Notes: generated by a model from the letters alone, not told the origin. A DNA stretch of 64,000 bases from Thermodesulfobacteriota bacterium (GCA_963675595.2 CAXXLZ010000001.1:192001-256000); one strand, 5' to 3'. Positions 1 to 10,029 are shown, counted from the stretch's first letter. Numbers and translations: made by a program.

Positions 1-2140
1 GAATGGACCGCATGGAATCGGCTATGGCGGTCTCATCATCCACCACGGCAACCTTCTCCGTGCCCCTCGTAACCGACTCCTTCGGATGATACGATGGTGG
101 ATCATCCATTTCTATGGCCGGGATAAGAATATTAAATGTCGTGCCTTTTCCGACCTCGCTGTAGGCCGTGATGATTCCGCCCAGGCTCTTGACGATGCCG
201 TGCACTACGGAAAGTCCGAGCCCGGTGCCCTCACCTTGAGATTTTGTGGTGAAAAAAGGCTCGAATATGCGATCCAGCAGTTCCGGTTCAATACCGCGGC
301 CCGTATCCGAGACGCGCAGAAGAACGTGTTTCCCTCGCTTGATATCGGGATGGGTGCGCGCGTAGTCTTCGTCCAGGAAGTAATCTTGGAGCTCCAGCTT
401 GATGGTGCCGGCGGCGCCCCCAATGGCGTGGACCGCGTTCGTAAAGAGATTCATAACAACTTGGTGCAGCTGGGTCGGTTCGGCCATGACCGCGGAACCG
501 CAATCCATGTTCGTTTCAATATTGATCGTTGAAGGGATGGAGGCTCGCAGAAGCTTCAGTGTTTCCTTGAGCACCGATTCCGGTAACAAGGGCCTGAGTT
601 CAAAATCCGTCTTCCGACTGAAGGTGAGAATCTGGCCGACGAGATCACGCGCTCTCTCGGAAGCCGTCAATATCTGGCTGATGTAGTTTTCAACATCCGG
701 TATGGAATCTTTTTTCATCAGGATCAGCTCGGAATACCCGAAGATCACGTTGAGGATGTTGTTGAAGTCGTGAGCGATTCCACCGGCCAGGGTGCCTATG
801 GCTTCGAGCTTCTGCGCCTGGTTGAGTTTCTTCTCGAACACGGTTTCAGCGGTAATATCACGTGCTATTTCAAGGTAACCCTGTATGCCGCCTCGATCGT
901 CTCTGAAGTTCACCAGCATGACATCCAACGTAATGGGGTCCGGGTAGTTTCCGTGCAGCACAACGCGACCGGACCAGGGAATGCCGGCCTCCAGGGAAGC
1001 CCAAATTTCGGACGGCGCTATGTTGTGGGGATTCGTCAGGACAGGCTCCGTTCCAAGGATGTCTTCGACTCTAAGACCGGTAATTCTCTCATAAGCGGGA
1101 TTTGCGTAAGTAATCTTCCGATCCAACCCTACCTGTAAAATGATTTCGTTTGAGTGATAGGTAACTTGTTTCATCATATCCATAAGTTTGACTATTGGGT
1201 TGCTCACTTTGCTGTAAAAGAATACGATTATAATTATTGTAATCAGCAAAAAAATGATACCGCTAATGAAAATGGAAAGCAGTATTCTGTTCACAGGTAC
1301 CATGATTTCGGATTTGCTCTGTGTAAATGCCGTGATCCAACCCGTGGTCTGCACATGGTCGATACCTACGATCATCTTGACGCCGTCGAAAGTGTAGTCT
1401 ACGGCGCCTCTCTTCCCTCCCATAAGTATCTTCATGAGCTCTTCCGACCCGGGCTGATCCAGAAGGTTCAGGTGAAGAATAAATTCTTTCTTGGGATGGA
1501 TCAGAATGAGTCCTTGTGAGTTCATGAGAAAGGCGTATCCGGTCTGACCGAGCTTTTCTTGAGAGATAACATTAACGATAAAATCAGTGGTAATTGCGAT
1601 GGCTATGATTCCGTAAAACTCGTTATGGTCTTCAATCGGGGCGGAGATCACGACAATGGGGTTTTCGGGTGTCGCCTTTCCCCTGGGAAAGTACGGCCCG
1701 CCTACGCATGGGGCGCCTTTCCGCGCGCCGATGAAGTATTCCCGATCAGAGATATCCAGGCCGATCTGTTGAGGGAAAAAAGGGTCTTCTCTGATGATTC
1801 CCTGCCGGTCGGCCAGGAAAATAGTGAAGAACTTCTTGCCTACCCGTCCGTAAATATTTGTCAGTTCCAAGGAAGCAATTTGATAATCCTCCGTTTTCGC
1901 GGCGGCGATCACATCCAGGTCCGATGCAATCGTTTCAGCCAATTTCATTTCCTCACTCAAAGTAGCATCGATTAAGACGGATACATTATTGGCGATACGA
2001 ACGGAATTGGCCTTAGTCATCTCCAACAGGGATCGGGAAAGCTGAATATAGATAATGACTGCTACAAGGGTGAAAGGAATGAAAACGGCGGCTATACCGC
2101 CGAGTACCAATCGGTGCTTTAGGGGAAGGTCCTTAGCCAT
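1..2140 (-). CDS. Hybrid sensor histidine kinase (TM-Cache-TM-PAS-HisKA-HATPase-start of REC), runs off the left edge
   Basis: Manual translation from ATG at 2140 (MAKDLPLKHRLVLGGIAAVFIPF...). Cache motifs (ISDREYF, LGQTGYAFLMNSQGLILIHP), H-box EAIGTLAGGIAHDFNNIL near 780, and REC start (EKVAVVDDE) at the window edge. Absent from the ORF track because the stop lies outside the window. Confidence 0.9.
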   Translation of the reverse strand, partial: MAKDLPLKHRLVLGGIAAVFIPFTLVAVIIYIQLSRSLLEMTKANSVRIANNVSVLIDATLSEEMKLAETIASDLDVIAAAKTEDYQIASLELTNIYGRVGKKFFTIFLADRQGIIREDPFFPQQIGLDISDREYFIGARKGAPCVGGPYFPRGKATPENPIVVISAPIEDHNEFYGIIAIAITTDFIVNVISQEKLGQTGYAFLMNSQGLILIHPKKEFILHLNLLDQPGSEELMKILMGGKRGAVDYTFDGVKMIVGIDHVQTTGWITAFTQSKSEIMVPVNRILLSIFISGIIFLLITIIIIVFFYSKVSNPIVKLMDMMKQVTYHSNEIILQVGLDRKITYANPAYERITGLRVEDILGTEPVLTNPHNIAPSEIWASLEAGIPWSGRVVLHGNYPDPITLDVMLVNFRDDRGGIQGYLEIARDITAETVFEKKLNQAQKLEAIGTLAGGIAHDFNNILNVIFGYSELILMKKDSIPDVENYISQILTASERARDLVGQILTFSRKTDFELRPLLPESVLKETLKLLRASIPSTINIETNMDCGSAVMAEPTQLHQVVMNLFTNAVHAIGGAAGTIKLELQDYFLDEDYARTHPDIKRGKHVLLRVSDTGRGIEPELLDRIFEPFFTTKSQGEGTGLGLSVVHGIVKSLGGIITAYSEVGKGTTFNILIPAIEMDDPPSYHPKESVTRGTEKVAVVDDETAIADSMRSI

Positions 2141-3176
2141 GGTTCATGAGCTTCCTAAAGGACATTTGCTGCGAGGCCCGTCGTCCGACAGTGACCCTTT
2201 TATACCCGTTTCCCGGAAACACTCCATGCACAGGTAATCGAAAAATCTCCATGAAGAACGTTATCCGTCCGTTCCGCCTGTTCAAGGAGGAGCGGGTATT
2301 CCGTAGGTATCCGCGGGTAGGCGGAGCTTACGGTGTGATAGTAAAAGAATACGTCGTTAAATCTCCTTTCCGTGGCCATTTCACTTAGTATCCTTCATTG
2401 ATAGGGATTCATTCCGGATGGGTTTCACTACCCGTCCGCCAGTGTACTCGCGCAACCAATACTTCGACGTTGGATTGTTTACAATCAACCACCCTATGTG
2501 AAAGGCCTGTTGCTGTCAAACCGAATGCCCCGCTCTGCAAAAGCCTCAAAGAGCATGCGGAGGAGTCGCGCACAACCCGGAGCAGGATGCCTTCAACAAC
2601 GAGGAGAGCCTTCCAAGAGCTCGTGGACGGTTCTTCTCGTTGCTCCACTTTGAACGGGGTGTGGTAATCATTCGTGGGGGAACTCGTCTATTGATAGGAG
2701 GGCAGGCCATAGTGCTTGCCCACAATGCGGCCGAAGGCCCACCTTATCCGCTGTACCCACCGTGCCGGCGGTCCCCCGGTGACCCTGTGAACAAACACGG
2801 AGTGTGGGCCGTCGCCGAGAACGGCCTTTACCCATTGACGGGAGTCCATATCCACATAGGTATCTCGTATTTTCGAGCAGTTCGGACAAATGCGTGGTTG
2901 AATCAGGCCTCGGATTGAGCGCGCAGGTTCATCAACGACAACGAAGGAGTGGAAGATAACAGTGGGGAAACCGAACTGCTGAACCCGGGCGAGATCCTGT
3001 AGGCCGGGACCGGCCGGTTGGATGTGCAAGAGCGAGGGGGACCGCTGGAGCGGCCCTCCTCGTTGAGTTCCACGGGCCCGCAGGCCGTTGTGTGAGCTCA
3101 AGAAGGAGGCAGCGGGCGCGAGCAGAGTTCGGGAAGACGCAGCACCTTTTTCGGACTCGTTTTCACCTACACAAGA

Positions 3177-3578
3177 TCAATCCAGATAGGCCTCTTTGTG
3201 CTCCAGGCCGCCCTCCACATAATGCTTCACGGCCTCATCAATCTTTTCGATGTCCGTAGCCACTACCCTGACGCCGGCGGTGGTGAAATGACGGAAGGCT
3301 CCGGTACCGATCTTGTGCACGATCAACGCCTCGCAATCTTTGAAGGTTTCGAACATGGCGCCGTGCCTGCGTTCAGCCTCCGGACCGAACCCGTGCCGTC
3401 CCTTCTCATCGGTCAGGGGATGGCCTGCTTCTCCTGAGAACTCCGGGTGCCCCGGCTTGACTCTGATTTCCTTGGCGACGACTCCATCGGGTCCCACAGT
3501 CGCCACGAGAATGTAGCTGCTTCCCGCGAAATGCTCGGCAATGTTCTCTTTATCGTGGGTTACGATTGCGATCTTCAT
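3177..3578 (-). CDS. NifB/NifX-family (FeMo-co biosynthesis-like) metal-cluster-binding protein
   Basis: MKIAIVT...IAEHFAGS...DCEALIVHKIGTGAFRHFTTAGVRVV...IDEAVKHY matches the NifX/NifB-C family pattern. Confidence 0.85.
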   Translation of the reverse strand: MKIAIVTHDKENIAEHFAGSSYILVATVGPDGVVAKEIRVKPGHPEFSGEAGHPLTDEKGRHGFGPEAERRHGAMFETFKDCEALIVHKIGTGAFRHFTTAGVRVVATDIEKIDEAVKHYVEGGLEHKEAYLD

Positions 3579-3784
3579 AACGGATGATCCTTTGTCTGAT
3601 GTTCACGCTTGGTTGTCCGTGCACAGGGGCCGGGGGTATCGGCGACTCTTTCAACAAGACGGTCGAGACGGCCGGTGGTGTGCGTCGACCCCGATGAAAT
3701 GTTTCAGACCTTCTCGCGGCCCGCGGACATGCGGGCCCCTCCCCAACCACCGGCGTCCGACCCGGGATGGTTCGGTTGAGGTTG

Positions 3785-3810
3785 CGTGGGGGGAGTGAGA
3801 CTCCCCCACG
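3785..3810. terminator. GC-rich hairpin downstream of the porin gene
   Basis: CGTGGGGGGAGT-GAG-ACTCCCCCACG inverted repeat ~35 nt after the porin stop; no clear U-tract. Confidence 0.4.
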
Positions 3811-3842
3811 GATGATCAGCCGCGCCTTAGCGTAGAAGAGCG

Positions 3843-5105
3843 CTAGAACTCGACGGCGAGCTGAGTGGTGAACAGATCCCGGGAATCCAATCCGTCGTCG
3901 TTATCGTCGAAGTCGCCGTGGAGATACTCGAAGGACAGGGTGGTTCCCGCGAAGAGTTCCCAGCCGAAAACGGCGCCGAAGTTGGATTCCGGATACAAGC
4001 CGAACAAATCCTTGGAACCTTCATACTTGGCGGCGATTTGGAATCGGTCGAGAAAGCCGTAACCCAGCTCGACATTCCAGGCCGCCGGTTTGGCCTCCCG
4101 ATCTTCCCCGTCCAGCACGGCGAACCCCAATTCTCCGGGCTCGAAATCGCTCAATGCGGTCACGTATTCGAGGTTCAGGCCGAAGGAAGCGTAACTCAGC
4201 GTGAAGTGTCCGGCGAGACCGGGGATGGAGTCTTCGAGGGTATCCACCGCCACCTCATCCTGCAGGGTGTCCGTATCCACCATATTGAACAGAAACCCGA
4301 CGCCCACGTTGAAGGACAGGTCTCCAAAGGAGCCTTCCGGGTTGAATACGTCGATGTTGAAAAAGAGATTGTTGATATGATCGTTTTCTTCCGTGGAAAC
4401 GTCTCCATTGAAGCCGCCGAAGGATGCATAAAGCCAATCGCCGGAATAGCCCACGGCGGCTGCGCTTTCCTGAATTTCACCGATCTCCAGGGTCAACGGG
4501 TCGGACACGAAAAAGGTCTCAAAAGGGGAAAACGGAGGATAGAAACGCCCCGCCAGGAGGAACCACGGGAAGTCGGGTGTGGCTCCCAATGTGATGGTGG
4601 CTTCATCCAGGTCCACGGGTTCCGTGTCGTCCTCCTCCCACAACAGGATCATATGGGCGTTGACGTATTTGTGAACGGCGGCGTCCAATTCGATTTGAGC
4701 GGTGGCCAAGCTGATGTCGCTGCTCTCCTCGTCTTTGGCGTTCTTCTTGGTCAGCTTCTCATATCCGGCTTCCACTTCGACCACGCCGTTGATGGAGACT
4801 CGTTCCGCGAGTTCATCGAGGATGGACCGCATATCCTTCTGGCGCCGACCCACGGACTCGAGTTCCTGCGAGATTCGTTCGTTTTCGGATCGAACCTGCT
4901 CGAACCCCGGGTGCTTCGCGGGGGCTGCTCCTTGAGCCCCTACGCCGCGGCCTTCGAGCATCTTCTCCAATTGTTGCACTCGCTCCTTCATCGTCTCCAA
5001 TTCCCGCATCAGATCGTAATTGGACATCTCCTCGGCGTAAGCCGGGAAAGAAATCAGAGACCCGCATGCGAGCATCAATACCAAAATTCGCACCAACTTC
5101 TTCAT
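3843..5105 (-). CDS. LbtU-family (iron/siderophore-associated) outer-membrane porin with N-terminal coiled coil
   Basis: Signal peptide MKKLVRILVLMLACG...AYA after GGAGGAGAG RBS; coiled coil; beta-barrel motifs (SINGVVEVEA, LWEED...LDEATI, FVSDPLTLEIGE); C-terminal QLAVEF. Confidence 0.8.
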   Translation of the reverse strand: MKKLVRILVLMLACGSLISFPAYAEEMSNYDLMRELETMKERVQQLEKMLEGRGVGAQGAAPAKHPGFEQVRSENERISQELESVGRRQKDMRSILDELAERVSINGVVEVEAGYEKLTKKNAKDEESSDISLATAQIELDAAVHKYVNAHMILLWEEDDTEPVDLDEATITLGATPDFPWFLLAGRFYPPFSPFETFFVSDPLTLEIGEIQESAAAVGYSGDWLYASFGGFNGDVSTEENDHINNLFFNIDVFNPEGSFGDLSFNVGVGFLFNMVDTDTLQDEVAVDTLEDSIPGLAGHFTLSYASFGLNLEYVTALSDFEPGELGFAVLDGEDREAKPAAWNVELGYGFLDRFQIAAKYEGSKDLFGLYPESNFGAVFGWELFAGTTLSFEYLHGDFDDNDDGLDSRDLFTTQLAVEF

Positions 5106-5237
5106 TTTACTCTCTCCTCCGTTCAAGTTTCTTCCATAGTAAATTTCGACTGTTGTTAGACTATCCTCAACACCGGTTCTGTGTTGCATCCTTTATGAAG
5201 TCGTCAGGTCCTGGTGAACCACCTCCTCTCCGGTCGG

Positions 5238-5320
5238 AAAAAAAGGCGCAAGAGGCTTCATAGGGATAGAAGCCTTCCTGCGCCTTCACTTGCCCCTCCA
5301 TGTATTGGAGCCCTTAAGAC
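5238..5320 (-). ncRNA. Candidate cis-regulatory attenuator/riboswitch-like element, copy 3 (upstream of porin)
   Basis: Minus strand TCTTAAGGG-CTCCA(atacA)TGGAG-GGGCAAGTGAAGGCGCAGG...CTTGCGCCTTTTTTT; homologous to copies at 9895 and 12072. Confidence 0.7.
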
Positions 5321-5546
5321 GATATCGATTATATAATTTAATGATGCTTATACTTCAGGTCGTATATGGATTACATATGACTTTCGGAACGACAGTTATC
5401 GCAAATTTATGCAAATATTGCTCAAGTCATGTACAGTGACATTCAAAACTCGGAAGAGTCGACTATAATACGGATAGAACCTCTTTCTCGGTTTCAATAG
5501 GTTGAATTGCGGCATACGGATGTATCCTGAGTTTTCGGCTCATACA

Positions 5547-5705
5547 CTATTCTTTGTCCTCCGAAGCGGAGGTCGGCTTGCCGCAGCAGGCTTCGCAGCC
5601 CCCACAAGCGCATGACGAGCCGCCTCTTTTCAGATTCGCGGAAAGACGTCGGTACAAATATAAGATCGCAATGGCGACAATGACGATTACAATGATGGCA
5701 TCCAC
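5547..5705 (-). CDS. FeoB-associated Cys-rich membrane protein (52 aa)
   Basis: Manual translation from GTG: MDAIIVIVIVAIAILYLYRRLSANLKRGGSSCACGGCEACCGKPTSASEDKE*; single TM helix plus CxCxxCxxCC. Too short for the ORF track. Confidence 0.85.
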   Translation of the reverse strand: MDAIIVIVIVAIAILYLYRRLSANLKRGGSSCACGGCEACCGKPTSASEDKE

Positions 5706-5915
5706 TTATCAGACCTGTCTTATCGTTATTACCCATTGATGATTTCTTGCGGCCATGTCCGAATACCTTGTCGGCCGGGAATACAAGAGTCGGAGCTTCG
5801 CTCCTTGTTTCCCGGCCGAACGGACGGCCGAGGTTGATGATGCCGACCGCCTCGTTCGTGATAGGCGATTCGTTGGTTGGGGGAGGTTCCGTGATCGGCC
5901 TCTCCGCAAGTTCTT

Positions 5916-6716
5916 CTATTTCATGTCCACGGCCTTGACCCAGATCACCGCGTCCTGGGACAGTTCCTTCCCTTTGTATTCCGTGTCGGGACCCACGCCC
6001 AGAGCGCAAAATCCCCACCATCCCGCTCTGGGAATGCCGAAGGAGAACTCACCGTTTACATTGGCTTTGATGGTCATGGTGACAAAGGCGCTTTGGGGTG
6101 CTTCCACTTGGCCTTTTTCGGCAAAGGCGTTCTTGGCCGGAAGCGGCTCGTGGTTCAGGTATTCCATTTCAATTTCGGCATAGGGCACGGGCTTGCCGTT
6201 GCTTTTGACGATCCCTCTGAAGACGTTGCCGGTCCAGAGGGCGTAAGGTTTGTCCAGAGGGACGATCTCGGCCGGTAAACCGACTTCCGTGTCCCAGTCC
6301 GTGGGAAATCCGCCGGTGTTGACCACCACTTTGGTGATTTGCTGGATATAGCTGTCTTCTTCCGATTCGAAATAGGGCGACGGAACCAGACAGAACACAT
6401 TGTCTCCCATGCCTCGCAGCCTGTAGGTGGTATCGTAGGCCGCTCCTTTATTGGACAGACCGGCCCAGGTAATGGGCCGCAACTTCTGCAGAAGGTCCTC
6501 CTTCTTTCCCTTGCGAACGACGAAGAACTGCTCGGGTTTGCCCATATCCATGGTGTGTCCCGCTTCAAAGGGGTGTGTGAAAACCAGCTTGAGGTCGATG
6601 GTTTGTGCTTTCTCCAGTGCCGCTTCCGGCGTATAAATCATCTGAAAGTGGGCGGATGCGGATCCCGTCAGGCCCATCAACATCAAACCGGTCAACATTA
6701 CGGTGAGTTTCTTCAT
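5916..6716 (-). CDS. DUF4198 (NikK/NikM-like) periplasmic metal-uptake protein
   Basis: Signal peptide ending ASA-HFQMIYTP; FTHPFE, PAEIVPLDKPY, AGWWGFCAL motifs typical of DUF4198. Confidence 0.85.
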   Translation of the reverse strand: MKKLTVMLTGLMLMGLTGSASAHFQMIYTPEAALEKAQTIDLKLVFTHPFEAGHTMDMGKPEQFFVVRKGKKEDLLQKLRPITWAGLSNKGAAYDTTYRLRGMGDNVFCLVPSPYFESEEDSYIQQITKVVVNTGGFPTDWDTEVGLPAEIVPLDKPYALWTGNVFRGIVKSNGKPVPYAEIEMEYLNHEPLPAKNAFAEKGQVEAPQSAFVTMTIKANVNGEFSFGIPRAGWWGFCALGVGPDTEYKGKELSQDAVIWVKAVDMK

Positions 6717-6836
6717 GAATGTAACTCCTTTCTCGATCCTTGTTGTTTTCCGTTTACAGACAGTTTGTTGTGTTTTCGTAAACAGTGATGTTTAGAAAGT
6801 TGATTAGGTGATTAACGATCATTTCGGAGCGATGTT

Positions 6837-7160
6837 CTACTCAAAAATATCCTTTCCGTCTGTCCTTATGATGTGCCCTTCTCCGGCATCGAAGACTACG
6901 GTGTAGTCACCGGAAGGCTTCTTGAAGGTGAATTCGCTGTCTTGATCCATTTTGCCTTTGATCAATACTTTTCCGTTGCCGTCTTCAACTCGCATCTCTA
7001 CGCCGGCGGCCGATGAACCGTCGGAGAAGCCTCCTTCGCAAGTAATTGTGGCGTCCCCATTGTCGTAGCATGAGCAAAGCGGGGTGTGGGCCGAGGCGAT
7101 TCCGGCGGACATCAGCCCAACGATTATAATTGCGATAAGAATCAGTTTCCGTTCCATCAT
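6837..7160 (-). CDS. Small secreted NikL/CbiL-like protein
   Basis: Signal peptide then HTPLCSC...GGFSDGS...FTFKKP...VFDAGEGH, resembling Ni/Co transporter L accessory subunits. Confidence 0.7.
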   Translation of the reverse strand: MMERKLILIAIIIVGLMSAGIASAHTPLCSCYDNGDATITCEGGFSDGSSAAGVEMRVEDGNGKVLIKGKMDQDSEFTFKKPSGDYTVVFDAGEGHIIRTDGKDIFE

Positions 7161-7178
7161 GAACAATCCTCCATTTTG

Positions 7179-9647
7179 TTAAACGTATCTTGGTTTATTA
7201 TTGATCAATCCCATCAGGATAGTGAATCCCACCGCCAAACCATAGAAGGCGAACATGGCCTGCAGACCGGACAGGCCCAAGGCTCTTCCGCCGGAGAAGA
7301 CCACGGTCGCAGCCAGCAGCCCCAGCACCATGGGGTAGGCCATGGAGAACAGCATCCATTTGGTGGACCCGGCCTGTAGTTTGACCGTGATGGCGGTTGC
7401 AACGCAGGGAGGATAGAGCACCATAAACAACATCAACGCCAGGGCGTGCAGAGGTGTGAAATCCGTCTCCCCCTCGGCCATACGCTGTTCAAGGGCTTGG
7501 CCTTCCTCCTCTTGTTCGTAAAGCGCTCCCAAGGTGGCCACGCTGCTTTCCTTGGCTGCGAGGGCGCTGAGCAGCGCCACGTTGACTCGCCAGTTGAAAC
7601 CGGCCCACTGCGTAGTGGGTTCCAGCGATTTGCCCAGTCTTCCCAGAAAGCTGTTATCGATGCGCTCCTTGCGCATTTCCCTGAGGAGCCCTTTGCGCTC
7701 TTTGAGCAGAGCCTTGAAGGCTCGATTGACCTTTCGCGCGACCTTGTCCTTGCCGGGTCGGACAATGCCGAAGAAGAGCGGATTCCGCGTTTCGAACCGA
7801 TCATTGACCTCTTCCATGGCCTCCCGGCTTCGGACTCCCATTTGGGCGTCTTTGTACTGGTCCTGGAAAAGAGCTAGTTCCATGAGATTTCCGGGACCCA
7901 GTTTCTCCGCATAGGAGGTGTTTCCGATTTCGTCGAAAAAGGTGTTGAGGACCCTGTCTTTCTCCTGATGGTAATGGACCATCCGTTCGTTGCCGATTCC
8001 CGGAAACTGAAGGAGAACGAAGATGACTACGGCCACGGCGGCCACGATGGTGGTGATCTTCCTCATGAACAGCCACACACGCTCGGCCGCCCTTCCGAGA
8101 ATTCCACGAATCGTCGGCAGGTGATAGGGCGGCATTTCCATGACGAAAGGGGCCGTTTCCTTGTTCTTGAGGACCGTCATGGTCAGTATTTTGGCCACGG
8201 GAAGCACGAAAAAGAGACTGATGGTGGAGATGAAAAACATGGCCCAGGCCTTGTGGGCCGCGAAGTAGATGTTCACCAAAAGGACATACAGCGGCACCTT
8301 GGCCAAACAATTGAGCATGGGAATGATCAGGATGGTGGCCAGCCTGGATCGTTCGTCGGGGATGCCTTTACACGACATCACCCCGGGGACGGCGCAACCG
8401 CCGACATAGATTCCGCCCAGAACCATGGGTAGGGTGGACTGCCCGTGCAGACCGAAACGGTTGAAGATTCTGTCCATCATGAAGGCCATGCGCGGCATGT
8501 AGCCGCTGTCTTCCAGGATGGCGATGAGGCCGAACAGGATGAAGAAGATGGGGATGTAGTTCAGCAAGGCGTTGATGCTGTCCATGAACCAGAGAGCAAA
8601 AGAACGGAGCAGGGGCACTTCGATGAAGCCCGGATCGGGTGTCAGCGACTCCACAAGGCTCCTCAGTTTTGCCAAGTAGGGCCAAGTGTAATTGGTGAGG
8701 TTGTACCCCTGAACCACCGAGAGGTAATAAAGGAGCCAGATGACGCCCACCATGATCAGGGGTCCCAGGATGCGGTGGCACACAAAACGATCGATTTTGT
8801 CGGAAAGAGGGGTCTTCCTCGCCCCTGTGGGTTTGATGCACGATTTGGCGATGTCGTCCGCCGCACGATATCTCCGGTTGGCTATATACAGTTCCGGCAT
8901 CTCGCCGTATCGGGCTTCGAAATCCGCCCTCATCTTATCCACGAATGCCGGAAGGGATTCGGCGTCCGAACAGTTTTCTTCAATCAGCCGTCGGGCTTCA
9001 CGGTCGCCTTCCATGAGTTTGATGGCCATCCATCGAAGGGGATAGTCCGTTGTCGGGAAGGTCAGCGTGGAGAGCCTGTCCACGATGTCACGAAAGAAGG
9101 GTTCCATTTCGCCGTAGTCGATGTTGGCCGCCTTGGTCGTAGTCGTCGCCTCGGAAACGGCTGTAATGGCATCCAGCAGTTCTTTCTTGCCTCGACCGCT
9201 CTTCATGGTGGTGGGGACGACATGGATGCCCAACATTTTGGAAAGCGCCCCTACGTTGATGTCGACTCCGCGTTTTTCCGCGACATCCATCATGTTCAGG
9301 TCCAGAATCACCGGGATGTCCATTTCCAGCAGTTGGAACGTAAGATACAGGCTTCGTTTCAGATTGGAGGCATCCATGACGTTGACGGCCACGGAGGGCT
9401 TTTCGTGCAGGATGAAATCCCGTGAAACGCGCTCCTCGGGCGAGTAGGAAGTGAGGCTGTAGGTGCCGGGCAGGTCGACCACTTCGATCTTGGCGCCGTT
9501 GTGCCTGTACCGGCCGACCATCTTGTCGACGGTGACGCCGGGATAGTTGGCCACGTGCTGGCTCGCACCGGTAAGTGAGTTGAACACGGTGGATTTGCCG
9601 CTGTTGGGTTGGCCGGCAAGGGCCACCAAGCATCTTTGAGCTTTCAC
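7179..9647 (-). CDS. feoB: Ferrous iron transport protein B
   Basis: G1 GQPNSGKS, G2 NYPGVTVD, G3 DLPGTYSL, G4 NMMD; ILEDSGYMPR gate; LYPPC motif. Confidence 0.97.
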   Translation of the reverse strand: MKAQRCLVALAGQPNSGKSTVFNSLTGASQHVANYPGVTVDKMVGRYRHNGAKIEVVDLPGTYSLTSYSPEERVSRDFILHEKPSVAVNVMDASNLKRSLYLTFQLLEMDIPVILDLNMMDVAEKRGVDINVGALSKMLGIHVVPTTMKSGRGKKELLDAITAVSEATTTTKAANIDYGEMEPFFRDIVDRLSTLTFPTTDYPLRWMAIKLMEGDREARRLIEENCSDAESLPAFVDKMRADFEARYGEMPELYIANRRYRAADDIAKSCIKPTGARKTPLSDKIDRFVCHRILGPLIMVGVIWLLYYLSVVQGYNLTNYTWPYLAKLRSLVESLTPDPGFIEVPLLRSFALWFMDSINALLNYIPIFFILFGLIAILEDSGYMPRMAFMMDRIFNRFGLHGQSTLPMVLGGIYVGGCAVPGVMSCKGIPDERSRLATILIIPMLNCLAKVPLYVLLVNIYFAAHKAWAMFFISTISLFFVLPVAKILTMTVLKNKETAPFVMEMPPYHLPTIRGILGRAAERVWLFMRKITTIVAAVAVVIFVLLQFPGIGNERMVHYHQEKDRVLNTFFDEIGNTSYAEKLGPGNLMELALFQDQYKDAQMGVRSREAMEEVNDRFETRNPLFFGIVRPGKDKVARKVNRAFKALLKERKGLLREMRKERIDNSFLGRLGKSLEPTTQWAGFNWRVNVALLSALAAKESSVATLGALYEQEEEGQALEQRMAEGETDFTPLHALALMLFMVLYPPCVATAITVKLQAGSTKWMLFSMAYPMVLGLLAATVVFSGGRALGLSGLQAMFAFYGLAVGFTILMGLINNKPRYV

Positions 9648-9868
9648 GAGAGTTCCACCTCTACGAACCGGGCTTCGTTGTGCCTCAGAGTCACGAAGTA
9701 TCCCTCCAACTCCACTTCCATGGGGTCTTCAAGAGGGGCGTTCCGAATGACTTTGAGTTTCAATCCCGGATATACGCCCATATCCAGAAGCCGTTGGCAT
9801 AACCTGTCGCGGACCGCCAGCCTCTTGATGAGGCATTCCGTGCCCGGTCCCATTTGATCCAGCGTCAT
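9644..9868 (-). CDS. feoA: Ferrous iron transport protein A
   Basis: MTLDQM...QRLLDMGVYPG...IRNAPLEDPMEV...LRHNEA; its stop overlaps the feoB GTG. The ORF-track 5' extension runs through the leader element and is probably not translated. Confidence 0.95.
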   Translation of the reverse strand: MTLDQMGPGTECLIKRLAVRDRLCQRLLDMGVYPGLKLKVIRNAPLEDPMEVELEGYFVTLRHNEARFVEVELS

Positions 9869-9894
9869 GGCTCGATTTCCTTTCCCTGTCGGAG

Positions 9895-9984
9895 AAAAAC
9901 AAAAGGCGTAACCGGGCGCGCACGACGCGCCTGAGATTACGCCTTCACTTCCTTCGCACCGATGGACGGTCGAAGGCCGTAAGA
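9895..9984 (-). ncRNA. Candidate cis-regulatory attenuator/riboswitch-like element, copy 1 (feoA leader)
   Basis: TCTTACGG-CCTTCG(accg..cggt)gCGAAGG-AAGTGAAGGCGTAA...TTACGCCTTTTGTTTTT, lying between a sigma70-like promoter and the feoA RBS. Confidence 0.75.
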
Positions 9985-9997
9985 GCAATCTTGCTTG

Positions 9998-10013
9998 CTT
10001 AGATACTTCTATC
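9998..10013. promoter_or_regulatory. Putative DtxR/SirR-type operator (GTTAG-N6-CTAAC-like)
   Basis: CTTAG-ATACTT-CTATC just downstream of the predicted feoA promoter. Confidence 0.45.
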
Positions 10014-10029
10014 TGGTAGAGACGCCCCT

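Noticed and set aside
2200-3170. Several short ORFs (e.g. 2688..3101, containing CPNC) in the gap between the kinase and the NifX-like gene
   Set aside because: No recognisable family, RBS or consistent frame; may be a decayed remnant but cannot be supported.
5193-5230. Strong SD-like GAGAGGAGG followed by a 9-codon mini-ORF (GTG GTT CAC...TAA) downstream of element 3
   Set aside because: No equivalent at the other elements and too short to support as a leader peptide.
9869-9988. ORF-track N-terminal extension of FeoA
   Set aside because: Runs through the terminator-containing leader; FeoA homology and an RBS begin at ATG 9868.
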